From Phoronis australis (taxonomy: Eukaryota; Animalia; Phoronida), in NCBI GenBank assembly GCA_002633005.1, contig NMRA01000397.1, positions 183,325 through 247,324 of the forward strand: a stretch of 64,000 nucleotides of DNA. Direction: 5' to 3'. The translations under genes and the position numbers were made by a program. Positions 39,378 to 52,613 of this stretch are shown here, piece after piece. The notes below the pieces were generated by a model that saw only the letters and a list, made by a program, of their open reading frames with translations, had not been told where the DNA came from and did not search any database. Numbering within the stretch: the stretch's first letter is position 1; each line of letters opens with the position of its first letter.

Positions 39378-39604
39378 ATTCTTGTGGCATAACTTTAGTA
39401 ACAGTGCAATCATCAAGCCAGTCTGGTCTAAGTTACTAACAGCTTCTTAAAATGTACTGCAAAATCCATTTTCTGACCATTTTTTTGACCAATGTTTCAA
39501 ATGGATCTATCAGTGTTGTGGATGCCACACTTTTTCAAAACTGTGTTTAATGGTAGCTGTGGAACAAAACCAGAACATGGAAGACCATTTAATACATTGT
39601 GCTA

Positions 39605-41044
39605 CCGTATTTGCCCTAATAAGAGCCCAACATTTCAGGAGGGGGGCGCAAACACAGTTGAAACCCTGTCTCCGAAACGGATGAAATTGGAAGCTAGGAT
39701 TTATTAAATTTACGTGCTGTAACGTACCTGTAACCTATTGACAGACTTTCCACAAAGTTGTGGTGCATTGCTATCAAACGTTGTTAAATTACAATCCTTT
39801 TTCAGAAAATTATATGGAAATCTCAGGGCGAAAACTCGCCGACTGATGCGTCGCTACCTTGCGATCGACAATAGGGCAATTTGAATTCTAGAATAACAAG
39901 AGCAACGCGGAGTGTTGAAATGCACCCACGATTGCACCGCAAACGGTGTACTTCTAAGGTTGTTTATTTATTTCATAAAAATAGTCACTAGATGGCGCAA
40001 AAACATCCAATCTATCTGAAAACATGAACATACCATCGCTCCTTCAATAAAAAGCTACACACCAAATTTCATAAAAATCTGTCAAAGAACATCAGAGAAA
40101 CAAAGGAAAACGGAATAAATGAAATTGCCACTAAGGGGCACAGCGTTCTTTAGATCCGCCTGAAAGACGTCGTCGTCATCTGTTATTAGCTTCATATAAA
40201 TAAAATCATTAAATTTAATCAAGATCCCGCAGTGTGTTTAGGAGATGCAGCTATAGGCACAAAACAAAACTACCACTAGGAGGCATCACAGAAGCCAAAC
40301 GGTTTTGGAGATAGAGCAGCGGATGCAGAATGGACGGACAGACAGACAAAGACTCAACAAACTACCTGAAATCCTCCTCAAGTTTTTCAAATAGCGTCCC
40401 TAAGATTTTTAGGTTGCTATGTAGTCTGGATTAACCGCAGATTAAGTCCAAATCTGTGCTATATCGCACCCCGCAACACGAGAAAAATCTGGATGAACAC
40501 ACATTGTTGTCACGTGACGTTTGTTTTGAAGTAAGTCTGCAGGTGTGTGCCAAGTTAGCAAGCGCGTGCGTGTCATCAGAGTTCATTTGCCAGAGTAGCA
40601 GGCCTGCATGTACTATGTAGCGTGCGCTTCTTGGCCACATGCTTTGAACACTGGTCAAGTTTTTTTAGTCTTCGATTCGCGGTTTTCATGTGTACAAAGA
40701 AATCTGGATTCCTGCTGAGGGAGAAGGAAGATCTGTACGGGAAAGATAACAATGCAACCCCCTTTACAAGTACATCGCGTCTGTTCTGAAGGGCCTGACC
40801 ATAATGGGACACAAGATCAGCAAAACTTTTGTGTTCTTTAGAACAGCAGAAGTTTGAAGTGCATAGTGACATAGCGGCGAGGCTCGTGGTCTAGAAATTC
40901 CGCACACAATGATTTTTTCAGGAACTGTAGGTAAGGCATTTTTCGCATGAATACACGTTCATGGGCTAAGCGCTTATTTTAGCGAAGTCTCAAAACGTGT
41001 GGGGGTGCTTATAGGGACATGGGCGATTATTAGGGCAAATACGA
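39605..41044 (+). mobile_element. HIRAN-remnant pogo-like element, copy B (with nested HINE)
   Basis: TA|CCGTATTTGCCCTAATAAG ... ATTATTAGGGCAAATACGA|TA. Colinear with copy A except for a HINE insert at 39895-40350. Confidence 0.85.
39895..40350 (+). mobile_element. HINE copy nested in copy B
   Basis: aacaagagcaacgcggagtgttgaaatgcaccc ... ggacggacagacagac, located at the A-run seen empty in copy A (gaataaaaaaaatttcgactcaac, ~29179). Confidence 0.8.
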
Positions 41045-44000
41045 TATACATATTTCATGGTAAAAATGATGAAATAGATTTTCACTTGTCCTAAATTGGT
41101 GAGATTTTACCAGACTGTCAGTTCTTCACATGTCTAGAAATCAATGCTTATTTGAAAAAGTTTACTTTTAGACCAATCTAAAAAACATAAAGCAGTCTAA
41201 ATGAATGGTTATTTTTGACAGTAGTTGAGTTTACAGCAGCTTTAAAACACACTGACATAGTAAAGCAACAGAGTTCCTCTGCCGAATCTGAATTACAGAT
41301 TATCCATATGCTTGTGACCCAGATAAATACACCAAAGGATTTTTTCACCTGATGCTGGTATGTTATTACTTTTCCTTCATTATTTATGTGGACAATATAA
41401 ATAGAAGCTTTAGCAGGTGCAATAATAAGCTGAGAGCAACATGAAAGCGCTATTATAAGTGAACCATGGTGAAATCAATTGAAAAAAGGTTCATTTTCAA
41501 TTCAAAATTAGGAAAAAAATACAACTTGGACTGTAGTCTTGAAAAAAGGAATCCTATAACCTATACCCCTTAACCATCCGAGGTAGCCCAACCATACCAC
41601 TGGAATGTAAGCTAAGACAAGTTTCACAACAAGTTTTCCAAATAAACAAAACATGCAATAAAGCCAACAATAAGAGAAAAATGAATAACAGCAATCGGGA
41701 GCCTTGAAATGCACCCAAGAGAGTACCGCAAACAGTGTGCATCTATGGGTCTCGTTAGTATCAGAAAAATGGCCATTAGAATGCGTCAAACCCATCGGAA
41801 TTGTGCAAGTGGCATAGGCTCTGTAAAACATATACCGTATTCACCCTAACAACATGCCCCTATAAGCGCCTCCCCCACGCATTTTCAGACTTGGCTGAAA
41901 TAACTGCCCAGCCCATGAACGTGTACATGCGAAAAATGTCTTACCCACTAAACTAAAATTCAACAGTAACGTCTTCAATTTGTCAACAAAATTTGGCAGT
42001 CCTGAAAAAATCATTAGGCGCGGAATTTCTAGACCACCAGCCTCGCCGCTATATGTCAGTATTTAGCCCTGACTTATACACTTCAAACTTCTGCCGTGCT
42101 CTAAAAAGAACGCAAGTTTTGCTGATCTTGCAAGGAACGTGTCCCACTATGGTCTGGCCTTTCAGAACAGACACAGTGTACATGTCAACGGGATTGAATC
42201 CAACGCATACAGATCAGATTCCACATCTTCTCCCTCATCAGGATTCCAAATTTCTCTGTACATGTAAAAACTGGTGTTAAAAGCACGTGGCCAGGAAGCG
42301 CGCGCTACAACTTGTCATCGCAGACATTATTCTTCGGGACTTATCTGTTCACAACTTCTTCGGGACTTATCTATTCACAACAAGTAGTATAGCATCGGCA
42401 AGAAATAAATATTGACATTAATTTCTGACAATTTCTAATACCATAAAAAACTTTTGAGTTATCTGTAAGAGGGATTGTTTAATTAATCATAATTAATGTT
42501 TTTACAGATGAGACCGGCATTAGTGCTGAATAAAACATGTTCTAATTTACTACTTGTGCTAATTTCTTGAGATACAATACATATCTAGGTCGTTAGGTTA
42601 GATTGCGTTTACTCTGACAATTTGAACTCTGGTGACACGCATGCGCTCCCTTACTCACACATGTAGACGAACTTCAAAAACAAATGTCACGTGACAACAA
42701 CATGTGTGTTCGTCCAGAGGTTTTTTTCATGCTACCAGGTAAACCTACGATCACAGATGGCACGATCTAGCACAAATTTAGACTTAACCTGCCGTTAATC
42801 CCAACTCCACAGGAACTTAAAAATCTTAGGAATGCTATTTGGAAAACTTAAGGAGGATTTCAGGTAAATTGCTTGAGTCAAAACTGTATTTTTATTCAAG
42901 CATTCAAGTTGCCATATCGACGATTGCAAGACAGTTATGTCTCAGTCGGTGAGTTTTCACCCTGGGATTTCAGCACAATTTTCTGTAAAATGATGGTAAT
43001 TTAACAACAAAGTTTGATGCAATGTACCACAATTTTGTAGAAAGTCTGTCATAGGTTACCGATACGTCACAGCGCATAAATATGATGAATCTTTGCTTCC
43101 GATTTCACCTGTTTCAGAGACCCGGTTTCAAATGAAGGGGGGTTCAAACTGTTTGAAAAACCCAGTTTGATCGAGCAGCTAACTAGAACTCGAAGGACTC
43201 TTGTTATTTTGGTAATATATAGATTATGTTGCACAGCAACGTATGTATATTTATATATGTTTTTATCATCATAGTTGCGCATGCCAACTTCACGTGTTAT
43301 ATTGCATTTGTCATTTCTGATGTCCATTTCACTGTGAACTAGTTGTAAATAGTAGCCTGAAAATGAGATACGTGTCTCGAAATATCGCTTTTCAAAATAT
43401 GTTACCTACTGGTGTCGTTTGGATTTCTGTTGCACTGTTGTGAAGTAAAGACAAGGTCTCTATTTAGAGAGTTGGAAAGAACTGAGATTAAACTAGTAAA
43501 AACAGATCAAAGTCGTGTTTTCATATATACATATACATACACATATATACCTTACTTTATACAATAAAACTCCTATCCTCAGTAGGCAAATCTTACGCTA
43601 ACAGGATTTACATGCAATTGCACGAGAAAGCGTGCACTGTCTGGCTTAAGCTTGTTTAGGCGTTGGGGTAACAAAACCCCGAATGTTAGCGGAGGAGATG
43701 TCTCCCAGTATCAACCATCTTGAACAATGGCTATCCCTTGATTTTTAGCTGTTTACGTATTGGTTATTATTTTAGAAAACCCCAACAAACTAGCTTTCTA
43801 CAAGTAAACATCACCAAACTTCAATTTTGTTGGTGTTTGAAAACTGGTCAAGTTTTGTTTGGTTGATATTGCAAAATAGTTTGCCAGTGAAGTCAGAGAA
43901 TGCTGTTAACAAATAAATAAAAGAAATTCAGCATAAGCCACAACATAATTCCATGAGCAAATAATCAAGACATTAAAGCTAGATGATGTTCAAAATCGGT

Positions 44001-45570
44001 GTTTTTAGTTTGTAGATTAAACTGATTTGCAAATGCTTTGTTTTTATTGCAAAAAGCCCAGGTGAACCTAATAACTTTAAATACCAGACTAAATGAATCT
44101 ATCAACTGAAGGTGCCTAATGGATTCCTTTGATCTATTCTAAGAATATTTTGACTAGGGATGTACCTCTTAACATTTTGAGAGGTATCTAAACACATACT
44201 TCTGGTAAACACAAGACATCCAAATTCTCAACCATCATGGACTAAATCTTACCACAACACTGGGCAGTTAGCTGGGTTTAGATTGGCAGGACCATCTAAT
44301 TCTTGGAACTGGTAATAATTCTATTACATTAAAAAGTAGCTGTTTCTACGTTTAAGCACGGCCAAGCAGCTAGTGTATGGGAAATGCCGAGGAGACATAG
44401 CTACACCTTCAAGTGAACATTAGTGTTCATCGAAAGAGACAGGGATATTTCTTAAAGAGACTGTTTTTATTTTAAAGCTTCAATCAAAATTTCTGTCAGA
44501 TTTAGACTAGGCGTGCGGCTGCGGTATTCTTTCCCCAGACAGTAAAAACATTTTTCTTTCCAGAACATTTGACCCTGCTGTAACAATGTACAGTAATGAG
44601 CTATTCTTTAAAGTGAAAACTAAGGAAGCATTAAAAATACCATCATTGTACACGAAGTTTACAATGTATTTACAAATGTCACGGCACATATGTTCATACT
44701 AAGGTAGAAAGCCAGCTAGCTGTATTAAGACAATTGTCAACTTACAACTAGGTAGCAGTGTCTTGAACTCCGTTAGACACCGAAATTTCACACAACCTGG
44801 GTAGCTCAGCTCTTCACCTCGAGGTGAAATTTATATCAACATGTAGAGCTAATGACCGGTAGGGGTGCTTGCATAACCTTTGAAATCAGCTGACACTCAC
44901 CTTGCCCAATGTAGCCGTTTAAGTGAAAACGTTACATTTATGTACTTCTTTGCCTTTTGTAACAAAGAAAGTCACGGTCATCATTTTGAAAACAATGTGC
45001 TCGTGACACGTGTGCACGAGCCATTTGCTACTGAAATTTTGTGATATCTCTCAGCGTTTGTTGGTATTAAAATGCTAAGAACCTGTAAATAAATGAAACC
45101 AGTTCCGATTGTAATAACATGTACGTATTACCTCATGGAAGAGAAGAAAAGTTGATTGAAGAATCGGGGAAATTGGCCAATAGGTCACGTAATGGTGCTG
45201 AAAGCTGACCCAAGAGACCCCAACACAAATGTAGCAGCAAAATAACGGTAGAACGCTCATTAAGTTCACTCAAGGAAAAATTAAGTTTTTAGTGACATCC
45301 TTAATTTAGCAGCCACAGGCCCCAAGAAGTATATACGTGATAGAAGCCGAAGGGAGTGAAATTAAGCTGACAGACTGACGTCACCCAGGCCGTTGAGCTG
45401 ACGGACTGACATTACCAAGGCCTGAGTACGATACAGACCACCCCCCCTCCATATCCGCGAAAAAAGGGCCCGTGAGAAAAAAATAGAACTTATACCTCGA
45501 TTCTAAATGGAGGGCCAGTGCACTACCTGGGACCAAGGTGGGGACCAAGGTGGGGACCAAGGTGGTGCCA
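40899..45570. repeat. copy 1 of a ~5-kb direct duplication (probable haplotype A)
   Basis: Colinear with 47371-52613; the first ~660 bp are identical and the rest differs by SNPs and indels. Confidence 0.9.
41835..43130 (-). mobile_element. HIRAN-remnant pogo-like element, copy C (reverse; second TIR not found)
   Basis: TA|CCGTATTCACCCTAA; reverse-complement homology to copies A and B; ~290-bp extra segment at ~42311-42605. Confidence 0.8.
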
Positions 45571-46377
45571 AAAGGGGCACAGCAAAGGTCTGTGCTAGAG
45601 TGGGCCAGACGGAGTTTGTGTGAAAGGTACATTTTATATAATATATACTTGTCGCCAAAATTTCATTCTTGACATCTTAACAGGATTCCCAAAACATAAC
45701 GCAAAACCAAGTGAGCGCACTTTTCATTGGACAGTCCTTCACAAAAATGCAACTGACCAACCATAAAAGGGAAGCTTCGTTTGCAAATTGCATTCTACAC
45801 TCAGAAGACATCTTATAGGTCGGATCTTGCATTCTCGACAATTTCCGTCACTTTCTAGTACTTTGTGCCTTGATCTTCGCCGATCTATCGCTTTGAAATG
45901 CTGATAAGTTTAAATATACTTTAACTTTCATCTGATTTTTTGAAGAGAAATATATGTTTAAAATCTGTAACATTTGAAAATCCATATGCAGTGATTTTTA
46001 GGTCCTGAAAGTACGTAGAATATTGATAAATCCGTAACGTTGGCGGCCCTGAGGTTGAATCCATCGTTGACAGGACAGGTGCCATTGTCTCCTTCACGTA
46101 AACTCCTTTGATAAATTACACAAAGATTCATATCCAGGAAAACCTCAACATAAAGATGATAAAGATTCATCAAGGAACTTGGAAGATGTAGAGATAGAGA
46201 AAAATAGTTTCTACAAGGAGGTGCCACAGTTGGTAGACTCCCCGAAAATGAATGTGAGCCATCCTCCCATCAGGAGGAACACATGCTCCAAATTTTATGA
46301 AGATTCATCCAAGAATTTGATAATTAAATCAAATACATGCTGTGCAGTTACAGAGGGATAAAAACAAATTTCCTAAA

Positions 46378-46533
46378 AGCAATACAAAGCATTGAAATGC
46401 TTCTAGGTGTGTTCATTAGTTTCAACAAGAGCAATACAAAGCATTGAAATGCTTCTAGGTGTGTTCATTAGTTTCAACAAGAGCAATACAAAGCATTGAA
46501 ATGCTTCTAGGTGTGTTCATTAGTTTCAACAAG
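46378..46533 (+). repeat. 52-bp tandem repeat x3 at the head of a HINE copy (46528-~47080)
   Basis: agcaatacaaagcattgaaatgcttctaggtgtgttcattagtttcaacaag, three identical units. Confidence 0.9.
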
Positions 46534-47243
46534 AGCAACGCAGAGCGTTGAAATGCGCCCACAATTGCACCGTATACGGTATCCTTCTAGTGTTGTTTAT
46601 TGGTACCATAAAGTGGCCAGTAGAGGGCATATATGTAGTATGTTGTACTGTGCAAAATGGAAAGGGATGGTCATTGTCTCCTCAATAGGCTAGGGGCAAA
46701 ATGTGAGTGATCTTCATAATACAAGCACATCCTATACATCAGTTGCTTAAAGCACCACAGAAACATAGAATTAAAAACAAATTTACCAACATACGAGGTT
46801 AGCACAGCATTAGAATGCCAGAAACAAATTTCTACTTGGAACTTTTCCTTCATAGTCACGAAGAAACACAAAGTATACACCTGAAGACCTATGAAAATAC
46901 AGAGGTCAATGTAAAATACTAAAATTGCCACTAGAGGCATACGGGTAGTCAGAATCATCCTAAAGTCGTCATCGTCCGTTGTCAACATCACATAAATACA
47001 CTTGCTAAATTTAGTAAAGATCCTGCAAACGGTTTGGGAGATACAGCCATGGGCGCAAAAAAAACTGCCACTATGAGACACAGTGGAGCTCTTCGAAAGA
47101 AGTTGTTATCTCTTGTCATGTTGATAGGAAACTTGCAAATTTCACAAATATCCAGAAAAAGCTTTATAGGAGATACAGATAAAGTTGGACCTGGAGAGTT
47201 CTAGCAGACCTCCTCCATAACCACTGTGACTAGTCACTGATAA

Positions 47244-47369
47244 GTGACCTGATGCATGTCCAACATGCTATTAACATATCTCACCTTCCACAAGTAGGGA
47301 TGTGACCTGATGCATGTCCAACATGCTATTAACATATCTCACCTTCCACAAGTAGGGAAGTGACCTGAT
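47244..47369. repeat. 58-bp tandem repeat at contig end
   Basis: gtgacctgatgcatgtccaacatgctattaacatatctcaccttccacaagtaggga, 2+ copies ending at N47370. Confidence 0.9.
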
Positions 47370-47370
47370 N

Positions 47371-50300
47371 TCCGCACACAATGATTTTTTCAGGAACTGT
47401 AGGTAAGGCATTTTTCGCATGAATACACGTTCATGGGCTAAGCGCTTATTTTAGCGAAGTCTCAAAACGTGTGGGGGTGCTTATAGGGACATGGGCGATT
47501 ATTAGGGCAAATACGATATACATATTTCATGGTAAAAATGATGAAATAGATTTTCACTTGTCCTAAATTGGTGAGATTTTACCAGACTGTCAGTTCTTCA
47601 CATGTCTAGAAATCAATGCTTATTTGAAAAAGTTTACTTTTAGACCAATCTAAAAAACATAAAGCAGTCTAAATGAATGGTTATTTTTGACAGTAGTTGA
47701 GTTTACAGCAGCTTTAAAACACACTGACATAGTAAAGCAACAGAGTTCCTCTGCCGAATCTGAATTACAGATTATCCATATGCTTGTGACCCAGATAAAT
47801 ACACCAAAGGATTTTTTCACCTGATGCTGGTATGTTATTACTTTTCCTTCATTATTTATGTGGACAATATAAATAGAAGCTTTAGCAGGTGCAATAATAA
47901 GCTGAGAGCAACATGAAAGCGCTATTATAAGTGAACCATGGTGAAATCAATTGAAAAAAGGTTCATTTTCAATTCAAAATTAGGAAAAAAATACAACTTG
48001 GACTGTAGTCTTGAAAAAAGGAATCCTATAACCTAACCACTTGACCGAGAGGAGGCAGTGTGGCCTGGTTGATAAGTGCCCGCTCTCTTTACTCGAGGTC
48101 GTGGGTTCAAGTCCCACCATATCACACTGCTAAACCCTTGAGCCAGGTTTCTAGCTCCTCAGCTCGGTTTTAACCATATATTAATAAAGCATAAAAATAT
48201 TTTCAGGTGATCAGTGCAATGGGCCCACATGCGAGGCCTGCGAACGTCTGGTACAACGTGTATCAGAGCGCCTGCAATTATTTTTTAAACAACCACTTGA
48301 CCATCCGAGGTAGCCCAACCATACCACTCGAATGTACTAAGAGGAGTTTCACAACAAGTTTTCCAAATAAACAAAACATGCAATTAAGCTAACAATATGA
48401 GGAAAATAAATAAGAGCAATCGGGAGCCTTGAAATGCACCCAAGATAGTACCGCAAATGGTGTGCATCTATGGGTCTTTTTAGTATCAGAAAAATGGCCA
48501 TTAGAGTGCGTCAAACTCATTGGAATTGAGCAAGTGGCATCAGCTCTGTAAAACATATACCGTATTCACCCTAATAACCGCCCATGCACCTATAAGCGCC
48601 TCTCCCACGCGTTTTCAGACTTTGCTGAAATAACCGCCCAGCCCATGAACGTGTACATGCGAAAAATGCCTTACCCACAGCACTAAAATTCAACAGTAAC
48701 GTCTTCAATTTGTCAACAAAATTTGGCGGTCCTGAAAAAATCATTGTACGCGGAATTTCTAAACCACCAGCCTCGCCGCTATATATCGGTATTTAGCCCT
48801 GACATACACTTCAAACTTCCGCCGTGCTCTAAAAAGAATGCAAGTTTTGCTGATCTTGTGAGGAACGTGTCCAACAATGGTCCGGCCTTTCAGAACAGAC
48901 ACAGTGTACATGTCAACGGGATTGAATCTAACTCATGCAGATTCCACATCTTCTCCCTCAACAGGATTCCAAATTTCTCTGTACATGTAAAAACTGGTGT
49001 TAAAAGCATGTGGCCAAGAAGCGCGCGCTACAACTTGTCATCGCAGACATTATTCTTCGGGACTTATCTATTCACAACAAGTAGTATAGCATCGGCAAGA
49101 AATAAATATTGGCATTAATTTCTGACAATTTCTAATACCATAAAAAACTTTTGAGTTATTTGTAAGAGGGATTGTTTAATTAATCATAATTAATGTTTTT
49201 ACAGATGAGACCAGCATTAGTGCTGAATAAAACACGTTCTAATTTACTACCTGTGCTAATTTCTTGAGATACAATACACATCTAGGTCGTTAGGTTAGAT
49301 TGCTGTTTACTCTGATAATTTGAACTCTGGTGACACGCATGCGCTCGCTTAATCACACATGTAGACAAACTTCAAAACAAACGTCATGTGACAACAACAT
49401 GTGTGTTTGTCCAGAGGTTTTTCTCGTGTTACCAGGTAAACCTACGATCACAAATGGCACGATCTAGCACAAATCTGGACTTAACCTGCTGTTAATCCCG
49501 ACTCCACGGGAACTTAAAAATCTTAGGAATGCTATTTGTAAAACTTAAGGAGGATTTCAGATAATTTGCTCGAGTCAAAACTGTATTCTTATTCAAGCAT
49601 TCAAGTTGCCATATCGACGATTGAAAGACAGTTATGACTCAGTCGGTGAGTTTTCACCCTGGGATTTCAGCACAATTTTTTGTAAAATGATGGTAATTTA
49701 ACAACAAAGTTTGATGCAATGTACCACAATTTCGTAGAAAGTCTGTCATAGGTTACCAATACGTCACAGCGCATAAATATGATGAATCTTTGCTTCCGAT
49801 TTCACCTGTTTTGGAGACCCGGTTTCAAATGAAGGGGGGTTCAAACTGTTTGAAAAACCCAGTTTGAACGAGCAGCTAACTAGAACTCGAAGGACTCTTG
49901 TTATTTTGATGATCTATAGATTATGTTGCACAGCAACGTATGTATATTTATATAATTATGTTTTTATCATCATAGTTGCGCATGCCAACTTCACGTGTTA
50001 TATTGCATTTGTCATTTCTGAAGTGCGTTTCACTGTGAACTAGTTGTAAATAGTAGCCTGAAGATGAGATATGTGTCTCAAAATATCGCTTTTCAAAATA
50101 TGTTACCTACTGGTGTTGTTTGGATTTTTGTTGCACTGTTGTGATGTAAAGACAAGATCTCTATTTAGAGAGTTGGAAAGAACTGAGATTAAACTAGTAA
50201 AAACAGATCAAAGTCGTGTTTTCATATATACATACACATATACATACACATATATACCTTACTTTATACAATAAAACTCCTATCCTCATTAGGCAAATCT

Positions 50301-52613
50301 TACGCTAACAGGATTTACATGCAATTGCATGAGAAAGCGTGCACTGTTTATCCCTGGGTATCCAGTGAAGTCTTCGGCACATGAAAGGCTTGATGGTGCA
50401 TCCACGGATTGAAGTGAGCTAAGTCACTATTCATGGGGTTGGCTGAACGTGCTAGATGAGATAATTGCGGTTGGAAACCAACACACCTGAGTTTCAAAGT
50501 AAAAAAACAAACAATAGTAAGGCAAACGACCCATATGACTGTTTTTCAAAATTGAAAAGTAAATTGTAGTCGTCTCTGAATTTTTAAAATCAATGCAATG
50601 TAAGAGAAATTAGTGAATAGATTTTCTTCGGTGTCGCAGCTATTAGCCACGAGCATTAATTAGAGAAATGATTCAGACGGGTAAGTCACTGTCTGGCTTA
50701 AGCTCGTTTAGGCGTTGGGGTGACAAAACCCCGAATGTTAGTGTAGGAGATGTCTCCTAGTATCTACCATTTTGAACAATGGCTATCACTTGATTTTTAG
50801 CTGTTTACGTATTGGTTATTATTTTAGAAAACCTCAACAAACTAGCTTTCTACAAGTAAACATCACCAAACTTCAATTTTGTTGGTGTTTGAAAACTGGT
50901 CAAGTTTTGTTTGGTTGATATTGCAAAAGAGTTTGCCAGTGAAGTCAGAGAATGCTGTTTACAAATAAATAAAAGAAATTCAGCATAAGCCACAACATAA
51001 TTCTATGAGCAAATACTGACGTAATAATCAAGACATTAAAAATCGGTGTTTTTAGTTTGTAGATTAAACTGATTAGCAAATGCTTTGTTTTTATTGCAAA
51101 AAGCCCAGGTGAACCTAATAACTTTAAATACCAGACTAAATGAATCTAATGGATTCCTTTGATCTATTCTGAGAATATTTTGACTAGGGATGTTCCTTTT
51201 AACATTTTGAGAGGTATCTAAACACATACTTCTGGTAAACACAAGACATCCAAATTCTCAACCATCATGGACTAAATCTTACCACAACACTGGGCAGTAA
51301 TAGCTGGGTTTAGATTAGCAGGACCATCAAATTTTTGGAACTGGTAATAATTCTATTACATTAAAAAGTAGCTGTTTCTACGCTTAAGCACGGCCAAGCA
51401 GCTAGTGTATGGGAAATGCCGAAGAGACATAGCTACACCTTCAAGTGAACATTAGTGTTCATCGCAAGAGACAGGGATATTTCTTAAAGAGACTGTTTTT
51501 ATTTTAAAGCTTCAATCAGAATTTCTGTCAGATTTAGACTAGGTGTGCGGCTGCGGTATTCTTTCCCCAGGCAGTAAAAACATTTTTCTTTCCAGAACAT
51601 TTGACCCTGCTGTAACAATGTACAGTAATGAGCTATTCTTTAAAGTGAAAACTAAGGAAGCATTACAAATACCACCATTGTACACGAAGTTTACAATGTA
51701 TTTACAAATGTCACGGCATATATGTTCATACTAAGGTAGAAAGCCAGCTAGCTGTATTAAGACAATCGTCAACTTACAACTAGGTAGCAGTGTCTTGAAC
51801 TCCGTTAGACACCGAAATTTCACACAACCTGGGTAGCTCAGCTCTTCACCTCGTGGTGAAATTTATATCAACATGTAGAGCTAATGACTGGTGGGGTGCT
51901 TACATAACCTTTGGAATCAGCTAACACTCACTTTGCCCATTGTAGCCATTTAAGTGAAAACGTTACATTTGCGTACTTCTTTGCCTTTTGTAACAAAGAA
52001 AGTCACGGTCATCATTTTGAAAACAATGTGCTCGTGACACGTGCGCACGAGCCATTTGCTACTGAAATTTTGTGATATCTCTCAGCGTTTGTTGGTATTA
52101 AAATGCTAAGAACCTGTAACGAAATGAAACCAGTTCCGATTGTAATAACATGTATGTATTACCTCATGGAAGAGAAGAAAAGTTGATTGAAGAATCGGGG
52201 AAATTGGCCAATAGGTCACGTAATGGTGCTGAAAGCTGACCAAAGAGACCCAGCACAAATGTAGCAGCAAAATAACGGTAGAACGCTCATTAAGTTCACT
52301 CAAGGAAAAATTAAGTTTTTAGTGACAACATTAATTTAGCAGCCACAGGCCCCAAGAAGTATTAACGTGGTAGAAGCCAAAGGGAGTGAAATTAAGCCGA
52401 CAGACTGACGTCACCCAGGCCGTTGAGCTGACGGACTGACGTAATACCAAGGCCTGAGTACGATACAGACCACCCCCCCTCCATATCCGCGAAAAAAGGG
52501 CCCGTGAGAAAAAAATAGAATACCTCGATTCTAAAAGGAGGGCCAGTGCTCTACCTGGGACCAAGGCGGTGCCGAAACAGGTGCAACGAAGGTTTGTAGT
52601 GGAGCGGGGGGGG
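47371..52613. repeat. copy 2 of the ~5-kb duplication (probable haplotype B), bounded by single Ns
   Basis: Starts immediately after N47370 and ends at N52614. Includes HIRAN-element copy D from 48560. Confidence 0.9.
48047..48290 (+). mobile_element. tRNA-derived SINE
   Basis: A-box-like TGGCCTGGTTGA (48061), B box GGTTCAAGTCC (48104-48114), and a 12-bp TSD AACCACTTGACC (48035-48046, 48291-48302). Absent from the duplicate copy at ~41560. Confidence 0.9.

Noticed and set aside
48047-48120. tRNA gene
   Set aside because: It has Pol III boxes but no convincing cloverleaf, continues into a non-tRNA body and is flanked by a 12-bp TSD, so it is a SINE.
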